From contig OY970368.1 of NCBI GenBank assembly GCA_963718615.1, positions 3,232,001 through 3,296,000 of the forward strand: a stretch of 64,000 bases of DNA, given 5' to 3'. Below are positions 20,341-30,343 of the stretch, one piece after another (position 1 is the stretch's first letter; every line of letters begins with the position of its first letter). Position numbers and translations under genes: made by a program. The notes under the pieces were generated by a model that saw only the letters and a program-made list of their open reading frames with translations, made no database searches and had not been told where the DNA came from. The stretch comes from an uncultured cyanobacterium (lineage in GTDB: Bacteria > Cyanobacteriota > Cyanobacteriia > PCC-9006 > JAAUQQ01).

Positions 20341-20796
20341 TTACCACATGCCTTGAACGGAGCAGTAGCCAAGGTTGCTCTGACCCAGGGCAACGCCTTG
20401 ACCCGCACCACCAGCGGGACGAGCATCAGACAACGGCATCCAAACTTTAGCGCCATTGTCGTCGCGCACCGCAATCATAAACGTACCTTGGTTCATATCG
20501 CTAGGATTGACTGCTAGCTGCTTTTCTTGGGGATAGGCCAGGATCACTTTGGACCCTAAAGACTTGACATTCGTTGGGGTACCACCGTACACGTCAGAAG
20601 GATCGCTGTAAACAGGCACTTGATTGTTGTCGAGACCGGAAACGGCACGGGGCTGATCAGGGCCACCCACGTTGGTGATAATGCGACGGCAGCCGGGATC
20701 GCTATCAATAAAGCTATTCGCAGATGCGGGTGCAATAGACCCTAGGGTTGTTACAGCAAGAGCGAGAAAAGCAACAGACTTTGCAAGCTTAATCAT
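20341..20796 (-). CDS. Secreted protein with a Cys-bracketed SH3-like domain and a VQGMW tail
   Basis: Signal peptide (PASA); CRRI...KVWMP...SNLGYC. Confidence 0.75.
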   Translation of the reverse strand: MIKLAKSVAFLALAVTTLGSIAPASANSFIDSDPGCRRIITNVGGPDQPRAVSGLDNNQVPVYSDPSDVYGGTPTNVKSLGSKVILAYPQEKQLAVNPSDMNQGTFMIAVRDDNGAKVWMPLSDARPAGGAGQGVALGQSNLGYCSVQGMW

Positions 20797-21178
20797 GGAA
20801 CGTTTGCCTTTGTTTTGAGATAAACAGGATAGAAATGCACTATCGATCGACCTGCCTTGAGGTCAACCCAGTTACTAAACACTAGACTAAACCCTAGATT
20901 TAAACACCGGGTTCAAGTTCGTATCGATATGCTTCTTCTGCTAAGGTGCCCATCAAAAACGTAAACCTACACATTCCCAGGCGAGAGCAAAGTAAGACAA
21001 TAAAGATTAGATTGAATCATCAAAATTAATTTATAAAATTCAGAAAAAATACTGTCATAACACCCCAAAAACATCGGGAAACCTATTAATAGAGATTGAG
21101 ATTCAAGAAGATCAAGAGATTCAAGATTCAACCTTAATCCTGCATCAGGCCCCGTGTGCTGTCTAATCCTCAACATCC

Positions 21179-21925
21179 ATGACTTTTTCTAGATTCCTCA
21201 CCGTCCTCAGTTTGCCGATTACACTCAACCTTGTTTTAGGAAGCAGCCTAGTCTCTCCTGCTCAAGCCGAGCCAAAACTTCTAGAAGATTTTTCATCGGT
21301 CACCCTAGAGCTCGATTTGCCCGACTCAGACCCAGAGCCTACGCAAGACGAGCCAAGTGAAGTCAAAAATCAACCGATTGAATCAGAGGTTCAGTCGGAG
21401 GTTCAATTAGAGGTCCAATCAGAGACTGAGTTAGAGGTTAAGGGAGAAACTGAGCCAGAAACCGATAGGACTGAGGCCCCTGAGCCAGCCAGCTCGATGG
21501 AAAATGCCGATGCACCGCAAACACAAACCCAGGAAGATCCAACTCGGTTGGTTTTGAGATTGCGGGAACGGCGGGTGTATGTGGTCCAGGGCGATCGCCC
21601 CCTAGTCAGCTACCCCGTCGCCATCGGCAAAGCCGGCTGGGAAACGCCAGTGGGTCAGTTCAAGGTGTTAAACAAAATTCCAGATCCAGTATGGCGACAC
21701 CCCTGGAACGGAAATTTAGTGAGTCCAGGTCCAAGCAATCCCCTAGGCCGACGTTGGATTGGCTTCTGGAGCGATGGACGAAATATGATTGGATTTCATG
21801 GAACCATCGATGAATCCTTGATTGGTCAGGCGGTTTCCCATGGCTGCGTTCGCATGAAAAATGCTGATGTGGCAGCGCTGTTTGAGTGGGCGGAAGAAGG
21901 GATGCTGGTTACGGTTGAACCCTAG
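21179..21925 (+). CDS. L,D-transpeptidase (YkuD family)
   Basis: Signal peptide, acidic linker, YPVAIGK..WETP, IGFHGT..VSHGCVRM. Confidence 0.93.
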   Translation: MTFSRFLTVLSLPITLNLVLGSSLVSPAQAEPKLLEDFSSVTLELDLPDSDPEPTQDEPSEVKNQPIESEVQSEVQLEVQSETELEVKGETEPETDRTEAPEPASSMENADAPQTQTQEDPTRLVLRLRERRVYVVQGDRPLVSYPVAIGKAGWETPVGQFKVLNKIPDPVWRHPWNGNLVSPGPSNPLGRRWIGFWSDGRNMIGFHGTIDESLIGQAVSHGCVRMKNADVAALFEWAEEGMLVTVEP

Positions 21926-21926
21926 A

Positions 21927-22964
21927 TTAAGCGATCACAGGAATCGTCTGTCCAGTCTCAGCCGCCCGCCGCATGGCATCTGCTACGCGGAGGGCATATA
22001 GACTTTCTGTGATTGATACGTAGAGCGGAGGGCGATCGGCCTGGTTTATTTCGGCCTGACTCATTTCGGTCTGACTCATCGTTGCAGAACTGCCCAAATA
22101 ATCCAAAACCATCGCCGTATCCTTGGCAAATAAGCCTCGCTTCCCCCCGACTTCTAAGGGAATTTCGCCATCGTGGCTGAGAAAAACGCCCTGGTCTTGC
22201 TCAAATCGTAGGGCACCGCGATCGCCACTCACCTCAAACAACCGCTCCGCCCGCCAAAACGCTTCACCTTTGCCATAGGTTAGCGTTCCCAAAACACCAC
22301 TGGTAAAAAAGAGCTGAGCATTGCATAAACAACTTAAAAAATAATTGGGATCATCGGGGGCGGACCAAAACTTCGCCTGACAACTGACCGAGGCCACGGG
22401 TCCAAAGGCATGGGTGAGGCGATGCACCCGTGAGAGCGCAGCCACGAGGGGAAACCCCAGGTCTTGATAGTGAAAGCTCCAGCGGCGAGGAGCAGGGGAT
22501 TTGGGGGCAATGGTTGCGTAGCGAACGTGATGGGGTGTGCCGATTCGTTCTAGATTTTCTAACAGAGACTGGTGTAAGCCGCCCAGGATCTCGATATGTT
22601 CGACGTGGAGCAGAAGTCCTTTCGCTTGGGCTAAGGAGACAAGGGCTTCCGCTTGGGCGAGGTCGAGGGAGAGGGGATATTCGACAACGACATGTTTCCC
22701 CGCTTGGAGAGCCGCTGCGGCGATGGGTCCATGGTCGCGGTTGATGGTGGCAATTACAATTAAATCGAGATCGGAGCGGGCAATGAGCGATCGCCAATCC
22801 GCTTCCACAATCACCCCAAAGGGCTGGGCAAAGGTACGGGTACGCTGGGGATCTTGGCCCGCGATCGCCACCCAGTTGGCACGCGGATCGGCCCTAAGAG
22901 CCTCGGCCCGCAGTTTAGCCGCGTAGCCTGTTCCGACTAATCCCACCCGAAGTTGTTGTTTCAC
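21927..22964 (-). CDS. bvdR: Biliverdin reductase (Gfo/Idh/MocA family)
   Basis: VGLVGTGYAA, ATINRDHG, GKHVVVEYPL, LHVEHIEILGG, ALSRVHRL. Confidence 0.8.
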   Translation of the reverse strand: MKQQLRVGLVGTGYAAKLRAEALRADPRANWVAIAGQDPQRTRTFAQPFGVIVEADWRSLIARSDLDLIVIATINRDHGPIAAAALQAGKHVVVEYPLSLDLAQAEALVSLAQAKGLLLHVEHIEILGGLHQSLLENLERIGTPHHVRYATIAPKSPAPRRWSFHYQDLGFPLVAALSRVHRLTHAFGPVASVSCQAKFWSAPDDPNYFLSCLCNAQLFFTSGVLGTLTYGKGEAFWRAERLFEVSGDRGALRFEQDQGVFLSHDGEIPLEVGGKRGLFAKDTAMVLDYLGSSATMSQTEMSQAEINQADRPPLYVSITESLYALRVADAMRRAAETGQTIPVIA

Positions 22965-23089
22965 ACTTAGATTGCTCAGATCGTTTTGCAGTAATTGATG
23001 GGTACTAAACGTATTCTATCGTTTAGGCGCGATCGCCATCCCGAGGGTCTCTCTGCCCAGTAAAATGCCTTAAACAATACAGTGCAACC

Positions 23090-24949
23090 ATGGCCTATCC
23101 GCCCATCGAAAACCACGGTATTATCGGCAATATGTACACGACGGCCCTCATCGGTCTAGATGGAACCATTGATTGGTTTTGTTTTCCACATCACGATTCA
23201 CCTAGCATTTTTGCCGCAATTCTAGACTCGCAAAAAGGTGGACATTTCAAACTCGCTCCGACGTTGCAAGATCGGTTTAATCCCTATTTGCGTCTGACGC
23301 GAAAACAGCTTTATTGGCCTGGTACGAACGTGCTGATCACCCGTTTTCTGACTCCCGAAGGGGTAGGTGAAATCATTGATTTTATGCCCGTCGGGCTTGG
23401 CCCCGATGAGATTGGCTACCATACGCTGATTCGTCAAGTCCGAGTCGTGCGGGGCGAAATGCAGTTTCATCTTGACTGTTACCCCGCCTTTAATTACGGC
23501 AGAGATGAGCACACAACCGATATTACGCCTAAGGGCGTTTGCTTCTACAGCGCCCAGATGAGCTTGGGCTTAGCCACAGAGACTCCGCTCCAGCCCAAGT
23601 CGAACCATGGCGTCGAAGCCAAGTTTTCCCTAAAGGCCGATGAAAGCGCGGTTTTTGTTCTCCAGGGCGTTGCCAGCGGTCAAAGCTGTGGCCTGCCCAT
23701 CGACCCATCCCAGGCAACGCAACTGTTCAAACATACCGTTGCCTATTGGCGCAATTGGCTCTCCCAATGTACCTATCAAGGACGCTGGCAAGAAATGGTA
23801 GAACGGTCAGCGCTGGTGCTGAAGCTTCTGACCTTTGAACCCACGGGGGCCATTATCGCTTCGCCCACCTGTAGCCTGCCCGAGGAATTAGGCGGAGAGC
23901 GCAATTGGGACTATCGCTATACCTGGATTCGGGATGCTGCTTTTACACTGTACGCCTTGCTGCGCATTGGCTTTACCGAAGAAGCCGCCGGATTTATGGA
24001 TTGGATTGAGCATCGTTGTCAAGAACTGAATCCGGATGGATCCCTACAAATTATGTACGGTATCGACGGACGCCATGAACTCCCCGAAACCGACCTAGAC
24101 CATTGGCAGGGTTATATGGGGTCCCGACCCGTGCGCATTGGCAATGGGGCCTATCAACAGCTTCAGCTTGATATTTACGGTGAATTGCTTGATTCCGTTT
24201 ATCTATATAACAAATACGGCGCACTGATTTCCTACGATCTTTGGGTCAATCTGCGACGGTTGATCAATTGGGTCTGTGCTCATTGGCAAGATTCCGACGA
24301 AGGCATTTGGGAAGTGCGCAGCGGCCAACAGCAGTTCGTCTACTCCAAACTGATGTGTTGGGTTGCGTTGGATCGGGGATTACGCCTCGCCGAAAAGCGA
24401 TCCTTTCCGGCGGATCGCGATCGCTGGCTAGGCATTCGCGATCAAATTTATGAGGAAATCATGACCCAAGGCTGGAACACAGAATTGCAAATTTTTGTGC
24501 AGTACTACGGCAGCACGGCCCTGGATGCGAGCAATTTGATCATGCCCATGGTGCTATTTTTGGCCCCCAATGATCCCCGCATGATGAAGACCTTGGAAGC
24601 GATTCAGCGATCGCCCCAAAACGGTGGGCTCGTCTCCAATCATTTAGTTTATCGCTACAACACCCAGGAAACCCAGGATGGCTTGCAGGGCGAGGAAGGC
24701 ACCTTTAATATGTGTACGTTTTGGCTGGTCGAAGCTCTCACCCGCGCCGGTCGCCGGGATCCCGCAGCCTTAGATCAAGCCCGACTGATGTTTGAGGGGA
24801 TGTTAGGCTACGCCAACCATTTGGGGCTCTATGGCGAGGAAACGGGTTCCAGCGGCGAAGCCCTCGGCAATTTTCCTCAGGCTTTTACCCATTTGGCCCT
24901 GATCAGTGCCGCCTGGAATTTAAATAAAGCTTTAGGCAAATTGGTCTAA
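23090..24949 (+). CDS. Glycoside hydrolase family 15 (trehalase/glucoamylase-like)
   Basis: [46 protein letters not shown]. Confidence 0.93.
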   Translation: MAYPPIENHGIIGNMYTTALIGLDGTIDWFCFPHHDSPSIFAAILDSQKGGHFKLAPTLQDRFNPYLRLTRKQLYWPGTNVLITRFLTPEGVGEIIDFMPVGLGPDEIGYHTLIRQVRVVRGEMQFHLDCYPAFNYGRDEHTTDITPKGVCFYSAQMSLGLATETPLQPKSNHGVEAKFSLKADESAVFVLQGVASGQSCGLPIDPSQATQLFKHTVAYWRNWLSQCTYQGRWQEMVERSALVLKLLTFEPTGAIIASPTCSLPEELGGERNWDYRYTWIRDAAFTLYALLRIGFTEEAAGFMDWIEHRCQELNPDGSLQIMYGIDGRHELPETDLDHWQGYMGSRPVRIGNGAYQQLQLDIYGELLDSVYLYNKYGALISYDLWVNLRRLINWVCAHWQDSDEGIWEVRSGQQQFVYSKLMCWVALDRGLRLAEKRSFPADRDRWLGIRDQIYEEIMTQGWNTELQIFVQYYGSTALDASNLIMPMVLFLAPNDPRMMKTLEAIQRSPQNGGLVSNHLVYRYNTQETQDGLQGEEGTFNMCTFWLVEALTRAGRRDPAALDQARLMFEGMLGYANHLGLYGEETGSSGEALGNFPQAFTHLALISAAWNLNKALGKLV

Positions 24950-24998
24950 TCAAAACCTAGGGCTTTATATTTATGGAGATTGTGTTTTTTCTTGCTTC

Positions 24999-25601
24999 AT
25001 GGCCATTCCCCTGCCGATCTTAAACGGACCCATTCGCCCAGGCGCTGAGATTGTGCATGTCTACAGCGAAGGAACCCTTGCCTATTTGTATGATGCGGGT
25101 AGCGAAAACCAAATCCGAGAGCTTGAACCCTCGGTCATTCATGGTTACGAGAACGACAGTGCTGAAGATGATGCAACCCAAGAAGCGGTGGAGGAAGGGC
25201 TGTTGCTCCTCTACGCCATGGAAGATGATGGTGACATTGACGCGGAAGTGCTGATTGGCCAGCCCCTCAGCGCCGCAGAAACGACCGGAGGCGATTGGTA
25301 TCCCTATCAACAGGGCTATTTACAATTGCCCACAGGACGGCTGTATGTGCATTCCATTAGCACCTTGCCCATGGGAGCCAATGAAGGCGAAGAACTGGAA
25401 GAACAGGGGGCCGTGATCGAAACCACGGCGGGGGAATATGTCGTTACGGTCTACCGCAAAAAATGGGCCACTATGCGCAAACAGGTTGCCGAAGACGATT
25501 GGGATGAGGATACGCTGCGAACCAACGAAATCATTGTGCTGACCCCTGAAGATGAGCTGGAAGTCGATGGCGATCGCCCCACGATTTTGTTTGATGACTA
25601 A
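24999..25601 (+). CDS. Very acidic hypothetical protein
   Basis: 200-aa ATG ORF, D/E-rich, no family recognised. Confidence 0.7.
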   Translation: MAIPLPILNGPIRPGAEIVHVYSEGTLAYLYDAGSENQIRELEPSVIHGYENDSAEDDATQEAVEEGLLLLYAMEDDGDIDAEVLIGQPLSAAETTGGDWYPYQQGYLQLPTGRLYVHSISTLPMGANEGEELEEQGAVIETTAGEYVVTVYRKKWATMRKQVAEDDWDEDTLRTNEIIVLTPEDELEVDGDRPTILFDD

Positions 25602-25706
25602 TGGCTTGATCCCTAGTGCAGCGTCAACGCTAAAAATGATGAAAATAGGCCGCAGATTAGGCGCAAAATGCCTCCCCAACCTGCGGCCCTAGATTAAGTA
25701 GCAAGC

Positions 25707-25913
25707 CTAGGCGCTAGCGGGCTGGAACATGGTGTCCAGATAAATCCGGCTGGCGCGTTGGTCGCGATCGCTATTTTGCAGCAAGAACAAGGACAGGGCC
25801 GCACTAAACGTACGGTCTTGGTCCCACATTGGACGATGTTCAAGAAACTGCTTGAGGCAATCATGTAGGTCTTCTGGAATTTCGACTTGAAGACTGACAG
25901 TCTTAGCCATCAT
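25707..25913 (-). CDS. DUF2811-family protein (ribbon-helix-helix-like)
   Basis: VSLQVEIPEDLH..LKQFLE..WDQDRTFSAALSLFLLQN; GGAGG ribosome-binding site upstream. Confidence 0.85.
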   Translation of the reverse strand: MMAKTVSLQVEIPEDLHDCLKQFLEHRPMWDQDRTFSAALSLFLLQNSDRDQRASRIYLDTMFQPASA

Positions 25914-26323
25914 GCGGAACCTCCTGGGCGGTCAATGGACGAGTTTCGCGCATCGGTAGTGAAAGCAAGGAAGATGACACAGGGGAACAGGGGTGAGCCT
26001 CGGGAGCGAGTCTCCTAGTTGGGTTTTGGGGATAAAGGGGATAAATGGATGGGCTCCCCCTCCGCAAATAAGCGATTTTGCGGACTGGATTTCTGCGTGC
26101 TTTCAAGGACGTGCCGAATCATTTCATCGCAGTTATGGGGGGACTGTCAATCCGTCAAATCGCGCTAGCCAATGAGAGCGAAAGCGATCGCGTACGAAGC
26201 AATCGGGCTTTTAGGGGCATTTTCGTTACATTGCGTTGTAATTCTCTCATTTTTGCTAGCGTGAGCCAATGCTTGCCTAGAGTCCCACACAGGGCCAGTA
26301 AAGCTTAAGGTCTCGTTTGGGCC

Positions 26324-26398
26324 TGTGGAAAAACTGTGGAAAACCTACCCTGGGTTTGTGGAAAAGTAGGGGGCTTTATGTGGAAAGCTTGTGGATTG
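26324..26398. promoter_or_regulatory. Cluster of five same-orientation DnaA-box-like 9-mers
   Basis: TGTGGAAAA at 26324, 26335, 26357; TGTGGAAAG at 26379; TGTGGATTG at 26390; followed by an AT-rich tract. Confidence 0.7.
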
Positions 26399-26675
26399 CT
26401 CAATAAAAAAGCAGTTCAAAATTTAAGGATTAAAAAAATCCAGAGATTTACAACAAAAAATGAGTTTTTTCTAATCGGGCTTGACATTCCTGAGATTTTT
26501 CGAACAGTTTTGCTGCATACGTGCTCCTACGGAACTGACAGTATCCTGGGAGCCCAGGGATTTCCGCCGGATGGAGGGGGGTACTGGGCCATCGGTGAAC
26601 CCTAGACCTCCGCAGATAACCTCCACAGACAACATCCCCCCTACAATGGATTTGCTAAATCTCTTTCTCCCTCCC

Positions 26676-27626
26676 ATGACTGAGCTGCGGGCTGTTTTTA
26701 GCCGTCTTCACCAAGCCCTCGATCGCATCATTGTGGGCCAAAGCGCGCTGACCGGGCAGATACTGGTAGCGTTTTTGGCGGGGGGCCATGTGATTTTGGA
26801 GGGGGTCCCCGGTACGGGCAAAACGCTCCTGGTTAAGGTATTGTCTCAATTGATTCAGGGAGAGTTTCGGCGCATTCAGTTGACTCCGGACGTGTTGCCT
26901 TCGGATATTTTGGGCACTAACATTTTTGATCTCAATCGCAAAACATTTGTGCTCAAGCCGGGACCGATCTTTACGGAGATTTTGCTGGCGGATGAAATCA
27001 ATCGCACCCCTCCCAAGACCCAGGCTGCACTGCTAGAGGCCATGGAGGAACAGCAGGTAACGCTGGATGGCAAGACCATGGCCCTGCCGCCTTTGTTTTG
27101 GGTGGTGGCGACCCAGAACCCCTTGGAATTTGAAGGCACCTATCCCTTACCGGAGGCTCAGCTCGATCGCTTTTTCTTCAAGCTCTGGGTGGACTATCCT
27201 GAGCGGTCCGCCGAAAAGCAAATGTTGCTCAATCATCAGGCTGGATTCCGCGCTAAACAGATGGATCTCGATCGCCTCTCTCCCGTGGCAACGACCGAAC
27301 AAGTCCTCGCGGCGCGCCAAAGGTTGCAAACGGTCAAGGTAGAGGACAACCTCTTGGATTACCTATTGGCCTTGGTGGAGCGCACTCGCCAGCACAGTGA
27401 TCTGTTAATTGGGGCCTCTCCTCGGGCGGCGATCGCTTGGCTGCAAGCGGCAAAGGCAAAGGCTTGGTTGGCCGATCGCGATTATGTCACCCCGGACGAT
27501 TTGAAGTTTGTCGCGGTACCGCTGTTACGACATCGATTGATTTTGCGTCCGGAAGCTCAGCTGGATGGCTTGAAACCCGATGGGATTATTTCTGGTTTAC
27601 TCGGGCAAGTTTCTGTTCCCCGTTGA
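26676..27626 (+). CDS. MoxR-family AAA+ ATPase
   Basis: GHVILEGVPGTGKT, RIQLTPDVLPSD, LADEINRTPPKTQAALLEAM, GTYPLPEAQLDRF. Confidence 0.95.
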   Translation: MTELRAVFSRLHQALDRIIVGQSALTGQILVAFLAGGHVILEGVPGTGKTLLVKVLSQLIQGEFRRIQLTPDVLPSDILGTNIFDLNRKTFVLKPGPIFTEILLADEINRTPPKTQAALLEAMEEQQVTLDGKTMALPPLFWVVATQNPLEFEGTYPLPEAQLDRFFFKLWVDYPERSAEKQMLLNHQAGFRAKQMDLDRLSPVATTEQVLAARQRLQTVKVEDNLLDYLLALVERTRQHSDLLIGASPRAAIAWLQAAKAKAWLADRDYVTPDDLKFVAVPLLRHRLILRPEAQLDGLKPDGIISGLLGQVSVPR

Positions 27627-27693
27627 GGTGTTCCGTTAAGGTGTCTCGCTAAGGTCTATATTCACGCCCTTCTGGTCTAGTTGGATCGTAAAC

Positions 27694-28929
27694 ATGTCGG
27701 CAAAGTTTTATCCCCCCCAGCCCAATTCCGCCTTAATCCTCCTGATACAAGGGCTCTCGCAATGGATCGGTCGGTGGCAGTCTAGGGTTAAGCTCTCGAT
27801 CAGCCCAGCGGATTTGCAGGTGCTCAAACAACTGGGCCAGTCGCGAGTGATTCTCTTTCCCAATCATCCGACGTTTCATGAGCCGGTGTTGCTGTTCATG
27901 CTCTCGGCCCGATTGCGGCAGCGGTTTTATTATTTGGCGGCCTACGAGCTGTTTCGCGGTCCTATGCGCTGGTTTTTTCAAGGCATTGGGGTTTATTCCA
28001 TTCGCCGAGGGTTGGTCGATCGCGAAAGTATTCAATACACCGTCAATCTGCTGCAACAGCCCCATAGCCATTGGGTCGTCTTTTCGGAAGGACGTTGCAC
28101 CTTTCAAAGCGATCGCCTCATGCCCTTCCAAACCGGCGGCATCCAGCTTGCGTTCCAGGCGCTGAATAAACAGGCCAAAAGCCTTCCCCCTGGCACTCCC
28201 CTGCCGCCACTCTACGCGGTTCCGATTACGATTCACTATCGCTATTTACGTCCCATCGAAACAGTTGTTGACTCAACTTTGGCGGACTTAGAAGCGGCTT
28301 TAGAGGTGCCAACCCTAGCCGATCCTCAACCGGGCGATCGCTACAAACGCCTCCGATTATTAGCCGACACCGTTCTCCGTCGCATGGAAGCGGATTACGA
28401 CATCCCACCCCTCGCCACGGATCTGCCCCCGGAGGAGCAAAACTGGAACGAGCGCATCGCCCTGCTCAAACGCACACTACTGGAAACCTGCGAACAGCAT
28501 TTGGGGTTGCCCCACAATCACAATCAACCCCTGCGCGATCGCGCCTACCGCATTCAGGCTGCCTTGGGAGAGCAGGAGCCCCATGAGAAAACCCCGCTCC
28601 TGCGAGCCTCCGTTGAGCGGCTGCTCAACTTCGATACGATTTACGACGGCTATGTGGCGGAAAACCCCACCCCCGAGCGCTATCTCGACACCTTGGCTCG
28701 GCTCCAGCGGGAGGTTTTTCAGATTGATCAACCCCCCCCCAAGGGATTGCGCCGTGCCGAGGTGAAAGTGGGAGAACCGATGAATCTGGTGGATTGGTTT
28801 GAAGCCTATCAGGGCGATCGCTCCGGTACCGTTCAGCAGCTCACCGACAAGCTCCAAGCCACCGTCCAGCTCAATCTCGATCGCCTCATCCAGGCCAGCC
28901 AGACGGATGCACCGGAGGTCTCCCCATGA
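27694..28929 (+). CDS. PlsC-like glycerolipid acyltransferase
   Basis: PNHPTFHE (NHxxxxD-like), YSIRRG, FSEG, VPITIHY. Confidence 0.8.
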   Translation: MSAKFYPPQPNSALILLIQGLSQWIGRWQSRVKLSISPADLQVLKQLGQSRVILFPNHPTFHEPVLLFMLSARLRQRFYYLAAYELFRGPMRWFFQGIGVYSIRRGLVDRESIQYTVNLLQQPHSHWVVFSEGRCTFQSDRLMPFQTGGIQLAFQALNKQAKSLPPGTPLPPLYAVPITIHYRYLRPIETVVDSTLADLEAALEVPTLADPQPGDRYKRLRLLADTVLRRMEADYDIPPLATDLPPEEQNWNERIALLKRTLLETCEQHLGLPHNHNQPLRDRAYRIQAALGEQEPHEKTPLLRASVERLLNFDTIYDGYVAENPTPERYLDTLARLQREVFQIDQPPPKGLRRAEVKVGEPMNLVDWFEAYQGDRSGTVQQLTDKLQATVQLNLDRLIQASQTDAPEVSP

Positions 28930-30251
28930 TCCCAATTCCCGCCCAGCGGTTCTATGGGCTTCTGGGATTGGGGATGGCGATCGCCCTCCTCTTGGCGACG
29001 CTAGTATCCGGCTCCCTGTCCTTGGCGCTAGCGTTCTTGGTGCTTTGGGATCTGGCGATCGCCCTGCTGACGCTTCTCGATAGCCGCCGGGTCCAGCGGG
29101 TTGACGTCACTCGTCTTCTGGAGCCCCGGCTCTCCATTGGTCGAGAAAACACCGTCACGCTCCAGGTGAAAACGGGGAAAACGCCAGCGATCATTCAATT
29201 GGCCGATCACCATCCCAGGGATATTGCCGCCACTGCCCTTCCCCTGCGGCTGGCAATCCCTGCCCAGAGCCTAGAGCTTGTCTCCTATAGCGTGACGCCC
29301 CGCGTTCGCTGCGAACTCTCCTGGGGCCATATTCAGGTCCGTCAGTTGGGGCCATGGCAGTTGGCTTGGCATCCCTGGTCCATTGACCAACCCCAAACCA
29401 CCAAGGTCTATCCTGATTTGGTCGCCCTGCGAGAACTCACCATCCGTTTGGCCCTGGAGTCCTCCGGCTCCCTCCGCACCAAACTCCGCCGGGGTATGGG
29501 AACCGAATTTTCCGAATTGCGCGAATATGCCAGCGGCGACGATCCTCGCCTGATTGACTGGAAAGCCACGGCCCGTCGGGGGCGTCCCTTGGTGCGGGTG
29601 CTAGAACCCGAGCAGGAGCAGTCAGTTTTAATTTTGCTCGATCGCGGTCGTTTAATGACAGCCCAGGTCATGGGGCTCCAGCGATTTGATTGGGGGGTGA
29701 ATGCGGCATTATCCTTGGCGTTGGCGGCGTTGCATCGGGGCGATCGCGTCGGTTTAGGGGTCTTCGATCGCAAAATGCACCTCTGGATCCCCCCCGATCG
29801 AGGCACCCAACATTTGCCGCAGATCCTAGAGCGGCTCAGTCCCATTCAGCCTGTTCTTCAAGAACCCGACTATTTGGGAGCCGTTGGCACCCTCATCCGC
29901 CAACAGACCCGACGAGCCCTGGTGGTTCTGATTACCGATATCGTCGATGTCACCGCCTCGGGGGAATTGCTCGGAGCCCTCGGTCGTCTCAGCCCCCGCT
30001 ATTTACCGTTTTGTGTCACCTTGCGGGATCCCCAACTGGATCGATTGGCGGCACGCCAAGACGAAACCAGGGCAACAGAAATTGACCAAGCGTTTCGCCG
30101 TTCCGTCGCCTTAGATTTACTCAACCAACGACAGCTTGCCTTTGCTCAGCTCAAGCAGCAAGGGGTTTTGGTTTTAGATGCACCTGCCTCCTCGATCAGC
30201 AATCGGCTGGTGGATGAATATCTGCGCATCAAGCGTCGTAATCGCCTCTAG
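28926..30251 (+). CDS. DUF58 (vWA-like) protein
   Basis: GTEFSELREY..GDDPRLIDWKATAR, LLDRGRLM, GDRVGL. Confidence 0.92.
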   Translation: MIPIPAQRFYGLLGLGMAIALLLATLVSGSLSLALAFLVLWDLAIALLTLLDSRRVQRVDVTRLLEPRLSIGRENTVTLQVKTGKTPAIIQLADHHPRDIAATALPLRLAIPAQSLELVSYSVTPRVRCELSWGHIQVRQLGPWQLAWHPWSIDQPQTTKVYPDLVALRELTIRLALESSGSLRTKLRRGMGTEFSELREYASGDDPRLIDWKATARRGRPLVRVLEPEQEQSVLILLDRGRLMTAQVMGLQRFDWGVNAALSLALAALHRGDRVGLGVFDRKMHLWIPPDRGTQHLPQILERLSPIQPVLQEPDYLGAVGTLIRQQTRRALVVLITDIVDVTASGELLGALGRLSPRYLPFCVTLRDPQLDRLAARQDETRATEIDQAFRRSVALDLLNQRQLAFAQLKQQGVLVLDAPASSISNRLVDEYLRIKRRNRL

Positions 30252-30343
30252 AATTCGTTAAAGCTCCTGAAGGGAATCCGTTAAAGTGAAAAGGGGGCGT
30301 CCTTGGACGTTTTCAGAACATCACTCGTTTTACCCACAATCCT

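Noticed and set aside
26324-26398. DnaA-box cluster as the definitive oriC
   Set aside because: No dnaA/dnaN nearby and GC skew cannot be assessed here; kept only as a hypothesis.
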